Positions 60,465 to 64,000 of a DNA stretch of 64,000 nucleotides are shown one piece after another; within the stretch, counting starts at the first letter, position 1; the number at the start of each line of letters is the position of its first letter. This stretch comes from Syntrophales bacterium (lineage in GTDB: Bacteria; Desulfobacterota; Syntrophia; Syntrophales; PHBD01): NCBI GenBank assembly GCA_963668175.1, contig OY764159.1:480001-544000 (forward strand), read 5' to 3'. The position numbers and the translations under genes are program-made. The notes under the pieces were generated by a model. That model was not told the origin of the DNA. It saw only the letters and a program-made list of their open reading frames with translations, and did no database searches.

Positions 60465-61406
60465 ATGCAAAACAGGTCTGTCAAGCCAATCCTAATGCTC
60501 TTTATCTGCCTGGTTGTACTCTCGTTCATTCCGTGTGTCATTGATCCGGAATCGTACAAGTATCTTTACAACATTTTCTTCATCGTGAATATCACGATAC
60601 TCCTGGCTACTTCGTGGAACATACTGGGTGGATTCGCGGGTCAGATATCCTTCGGTCATGCTGGCTTTGTCGGAATCGGCGCCTACACGGTATCGCTTCT
60701 GCATTTCCACCTGGAGTGGTCTCCATGGCTGGCGTTGCCTTTCTCGGGCGCCGTCACACTCGTTGCCGGGGTTATTATAGGTTCCATAGCCCTCAGACTG
60801 AGGGGTCCCTATTTTGCGCTTTCGACACTCGCCTTGGCTGAGGTGACCAAGCTCATCATTGAGGGATGGAGGTCTTTCACCCAGGGCACCCAGGGTATCG
60901 TCGTGAACCCAAGTCCGCTTTGGGTGTTCCCCAGCGGCGGAGGGCTCTATTTCGTCATCTCCCTTTGGCTTGCGGGCTTCGGCGTATTATGCGCTCTCCT
61001 TATAAAACTCTCCAAGACACATTATTTCTTTCTTGCCGTGGGAGAAAATGAGGACGCCGCTCTTGCCTTGGGAATCAATTCCAAGAAATACAAAATGATT
61101 GCCCTGTATATAAGCTCCTTTCTGGCCGGAATCACGGGCGGCATCCTGTCCATCCATACCGGTTTTGTCGATCCTTCGAGCGTATTTGACATGGTCCATA
61201 CCGTGGAGCCCATCTTTCTGACTATGGTCGGCGGTATCGGCACGGTATTCGGACCCGTCATCGGTACGGTCCTGCTTGTTCCGTTAGGCGAGGTTTTCAG
61301 GGCACATTTCCCAACAGCGCACCTTTTGCTTTACGGCATCGTTCTCGTCGTTTTTGCGAGATTTATCCCTAAAGGCATTATGGGCTTATTCAGGAAAAAG
61401 CTATGA
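60465..61406 (+). CDS. LivM-type ABC permease
   Basis: WNILGGFAGQISFGHAGF, LRLRGPYFALSTLA, GGIGT. Confidence 0.93.
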   Translation: MQNRSVKPILMLFICLVVLSFIPCVIDPESYKYLYNIFFIVNITILLATSWNILGGFAGQISFGHAGFVGIGAYTVSLLHFHLEWSPWLALPFSGAVTLVAGVIIGSIALRLRGPYFALSTLALAEVTKLIIEGWRSFTQGTQGIVVNPSPLWVFPSGGGLYFVISLWLAGFGVLCALLIKLSKTHYFFLAVGENEDAALALGINSKKYKMIALYISSFLAGITGGILSIHTGFVDPSSVFDMVHTVEPIFLTMVGGIGTVFGPVIGTVLLVPLGEVFRAHFPTAHLLLYGIVLVVFARFIPKGIMGLFRKKL

Positions 61407-62119
61407 ATATACTGGAGATCAAAGATCTGACAAAGGCTTTCGGCGGCGTAGTCGCGGTTTCCGACCTCAATCTTTCGATTCGCGAAGGCATCATTTTCGG
61501 CGTTGTCGGTCCCAACGGCGCCGGCAAGACGACGCTTATCAATGTCATCACCGGTGTCGAGAAGATGACCAAGGGAACTATTCTGTTTAAGAACAAGGAT
61601 ATCGGGAACTATCCCACCTTCAAGCGTTCACTGGAGGGCATCACGCGCACGTTCCAGATTCCCCAATGCTTTACGGGTTTCACCGTTTTTGAGAATATTA
61701 TGATCCCTCTTCTTCTGAGAATGCCGCAACAAGAAGCGCAGAAGGAAACGGAAAGAATAGCGGAACGCATGTTCCTCAAAGAAGATCTTCATAAGCAGGC
61801 ACAGATGCTGTCAGTGGGGCGCCTGAAACTTCTCGAGTTGGCCAAGGCATACGCCACCGCGCCCAAGTTGCTGCTGGTTGACGAACCCATGGGCGGTGTG
61901 AGCCTCGACATGATGGATTCCCTGATCGATCTTATCAAGAGCCTCAGGGATGAAGGGATTACGATCCTGCTCGTGGAACATGTCATGAAGGTCGTCGTTG
62001 CGCTTGCCGATGAACTTGTCGTTTTGAACTTCGGGAAGGAGATCGCTCTTGGGGCCCCTAAAGATGTTATGACCCGGAAAGAGGTCATCGAAGCTTATTT
62101 GGGAGACGAATATGCTTGA
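61403..62119 (+). CDS. LivG-type ABC ATPase
   Basis: FGGVVAV, GPNGAGKTT, DEP, VEH, EAYLG. Confidence 0.93.
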   Translation: MNILEIKDLTKAFGGVVAVSDLNLSIREGIIFGVVGPNGAGKTTLINVITGVEKMTKGTILFKNKDIGNYPTFKRSLEGITRTFQIPQCFTGFTVFENIMIPLLLRMPQQEAQKETERIAERMFLKEDLHKQAQMLSVGRLKLLELAKAYATAPKLLLVDEPMGGVSLDMMDSLIDLIKSLRDEGITILLVEHVMKVVVALADELVVLNFGKEIALGAPKDVMTRKEVIEAYLGDEYA

Positions 62120-62816
62120 AATAAAGGAAATCGACTCGGGACATGGGAAGATCAAGGTCTTGAAAAGCATTTCGCTGAGCATAGAAAAAGGCGAAATGGT
62201 CGCACTTGTCGGTCCCAACGGCGCCGGTAAAACAACGCTTTTGAAAACGATAGCGGGAATGATTACTCCGTCGAAGGGAGATATTCTGCTGGAAAACAGT
62301 TCCATTTCCGGTGTTCCGCCGCACAAGACTTCAGCAAAAGGCATTGCCTACGTGCCGGAAGGACGGAAGGTTTTTTCCGCCATGAGCGTGGAGGAAAACC
62401 TTCTTATGGGCGCTTATTTGAAAGCCAACCGCCCTCACAAAGCGGATAATCTTCAAATGGTCTATGACCTCTTCCCTCGTTTAAAAGAACGCAGAAAACA
62501 GATCGCCGGGACCTTGTCGGGCGGCGAACAACAGATGCTGGCCATTGGACGCGGTTTGATGATGAGACCTAAACTCATTCTCCTCGACGAACCTTCCCTC
62601 GGGCTCGCGCCGCTTCTGATCAGTTCCATTTACAAGGTTCTCGAAAGGCTGAATCATGAGGGCATGACCACCTTGCTTGTCGAGCAAAATGTCAAGAAAG
62701 CCCTGACCCTCTGCAAACGGGCGTATGTAATAGAGAATGGCGAAATCGTGATGAAGGGCCTCAGCGAAACCATCTTATGCGACGACAATATCAAATGTAC
62801 GTACCTCGGCATTTGA
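62112..62816 (+). CDS. LivF-type ABC ATPase
   Basis: GPNGAGKTT, PEGRKVF, LSGGEQQM, DEPSLGLAP, VEQN. Confidence 0.94.
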   Translation: MLEIKEIDSGHGKIKVLKSISLSIEKGEMVALVGPNGAGKTTLLKTIAGMITPSKGDILLENSSISGVPPHKTSAKGIAYVPEGRKVFSAMSVEENLLMGAYLKANRPHKADNLQMVYDLFPRLKERRKQIAGTLSGGEQQMLAIGRGLMMRPKLILLDEPSLGLAPLLISSIYKVLERLNHEGMTTLLVEQNVKKALTLCKRAYVIENGEIVMKGLSETILCDDNIKCTYLGI

Positions 62817-62861
62817 CGGTCCATGAGGTCTCTCCACCAAGAGCATTAGAAGGAGGTCGGA

Positions 62862-64000
62862 ATGAATATCTATGATCCTGAGAAGAGTTGTACCTTTCTT
62901 GCTCCGAATAAACATCTCTTGGGCAAGGGTGTGGCCCGCCAGCTTGGGAACGAGATTAAGACCCTGGGCGGCAGCAAAGTGTTTGTTGTCACTGACCCCG
63001 GCGTCGTGAAAGCGGGCCTCGTCCCCGCCATTACCGAGCCTTTGAAATCGGAGGGCATCAAGGTCGGTGTTTACGACAAGGTGCAGCCGGAACCCTCCTC
63101 GGGAATCGTGGGCGAGGCAGCAAGAATGGCACAACAAGGCCGTTACGACTTTGTCATCGGCATCGGCGGGGGCAGTTCCCTCGATGTTGCGAAAGGCGTT
63201 GCCATGATGGTGACGAATAAAGGGACCATTCTGGACTATGTGGGCCTTAATATGTTCCCCAAGAGGGGGATTCCCAAAATTCTCATACCGACAACAGCAG
63301 GAACCGGAAGCGAGGCCTCCTGGGTTTGCGTGGTAACCGACGAGAAGAAGAACGAAAAGAAATCACTTTACGGATTCATGCTGCTTCCGGACGTGGCCAT
63401 CCTCGATCCCGAACTGACCGTAACCATGCCGCCATCCGTCACGGCCGATACCGGTTTCGATGCCCTGGTCCACGCCGTTGAGTCATACGTCTCCGTCAAC
63501 AGGACGCCTTATACGGAAATCATGGCGGCTGAAGCGATACAGCTTATATCTAAATATCTGCCTGTTGCCTATGCAAAAGGTAAAGATATCAAGGCCCGGT
63601 ACAATATGCTGCTTGCCGCCAATCTTGCGGGAATGGCGTTTACCAGCGGCGGCCTTGGCGCAACCCATGGACTGGCCTACCCTCTCGGAACGCAGTTCCA
63701 TATGTCCCATGGTCGGTCGAATGCCATCATGCTTCCTCATGTCATGCGTTTCAACCTGACCGGCAGTCTCGAGCGTTACGGTATCGTCGCCCGGATGATG
63801 GGGGAACACGTCGACGGTCTCTCCCCTTACGATGCCGCCGTGAAGGCCGTGGATGCCGTCTTGAAATTGCTCAGCGCCGTCAGGATTTCGTGCCGGCTCT
63901 CCGACTATGGCGTGCAGAAGAAGAAAATACCCCTTCTCACGAAAGAGGCTCTCCAGCAGTCGCGCTTTTTTGTGCCGAACCCGAAAGACATTACGGAGAA
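62862..64000 (+). CDS. iron-containing alcohol dehydrogenase; 3' end runs off the window
   Basis: AGGAGG RBS; manual translation MNIYDPEKSCTFLAPNKHLLGKG...VTDPG...GGGSSLDVAK...IPTTAGTGSE...DALVHAVE...HGLAY...HGRSNA. Confidence 0.93.
   Translation, partial: MNIYDPEKSCTFLAPNKHLLGKGVARQLGNEIKTLGGSKVFVVTDPGVVKAGLVPAITEPLKSEGIKVGVYDKVQPEPSSGIVGEAARMAQQGRYDFVIGIGGGSSLDVAKGVAMMVTNKGTILDYVGLNMFPKRGIPKILIPTTAGTGSEASWVCVVTDEKKNEKKSLYGFMLLPDVAILDPELTVTMPPSVTADTGFDALVHAVESYVSVNRTPYTEIMAAEAIQLISKYLPVAYAKGKDIKARYNMLLAANLAGMAFTSGGLGATHGLAYPLGTQFHMSHGRSNAIMLPHVMRFNLTGSLERYGIVARMMGEHVDGLSPYDAAVKAVDAVLKLLSAVRISCRLSDYGVQKKKIPLLTKEALQQSRFFVPNPKDITE

Noticed and set aside
1..64000. CRISPR array, rRNA, reverse transcriptase or phage structural genes
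   Set aside because: No regularly spaced repeats or corresponding protein motifs were seen.

Overview
GC-rich bacterial chromosome segment. The gene content (two ADP-forming acyl-CoA synthetases, a MaoC/SDR fusion, a PaaK-like ligase, a sigma-54 activator) suggests a syntrophic deltaproteobacterium (inference). Positions 1-42.7 kb are housekeeping: gatCAB, mtnA, tat, PBP1A, ilvBN with a Val-rich attenuator, trxB, lgt, thyX, murI, hsp20-lon, degQ and an Mla-like operon. A ~12.9 kb AT-richer integrative element sits in tRNA-Arg(CCT), bounded by a perfect 46-bp direct repeat (42753-42798 / 55603-55648). Its backbone is an integrase, a putative activator, an excisionase-like HTH, a Rep_trans-like initiator and a second small tyrosine recombinase with a candidate res site. 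Its cargo comprises: (1) a kinase-deaminase of the AvcD/anti-phage dCTP deaminase type with a structured leader and a small downstream ORF bearing a QLSLPL clamp-binding-like motif; (2) an IS3/IS2-like element interrupting a secreted SH3-like gene; (3) an XRE + ImmA/IrrE pair followed by a candidate ~140-nt switch RNA, a 49-aa Arg-rich ORF missed by the ORF track, and DUF2188; (4) an orphan IS200/IS605 right-end/TnpB reRNA-like remnant. After attR come a sigma-54 activator, a LIV-type ABC transporter and an Fe-ADH that runs off the end.
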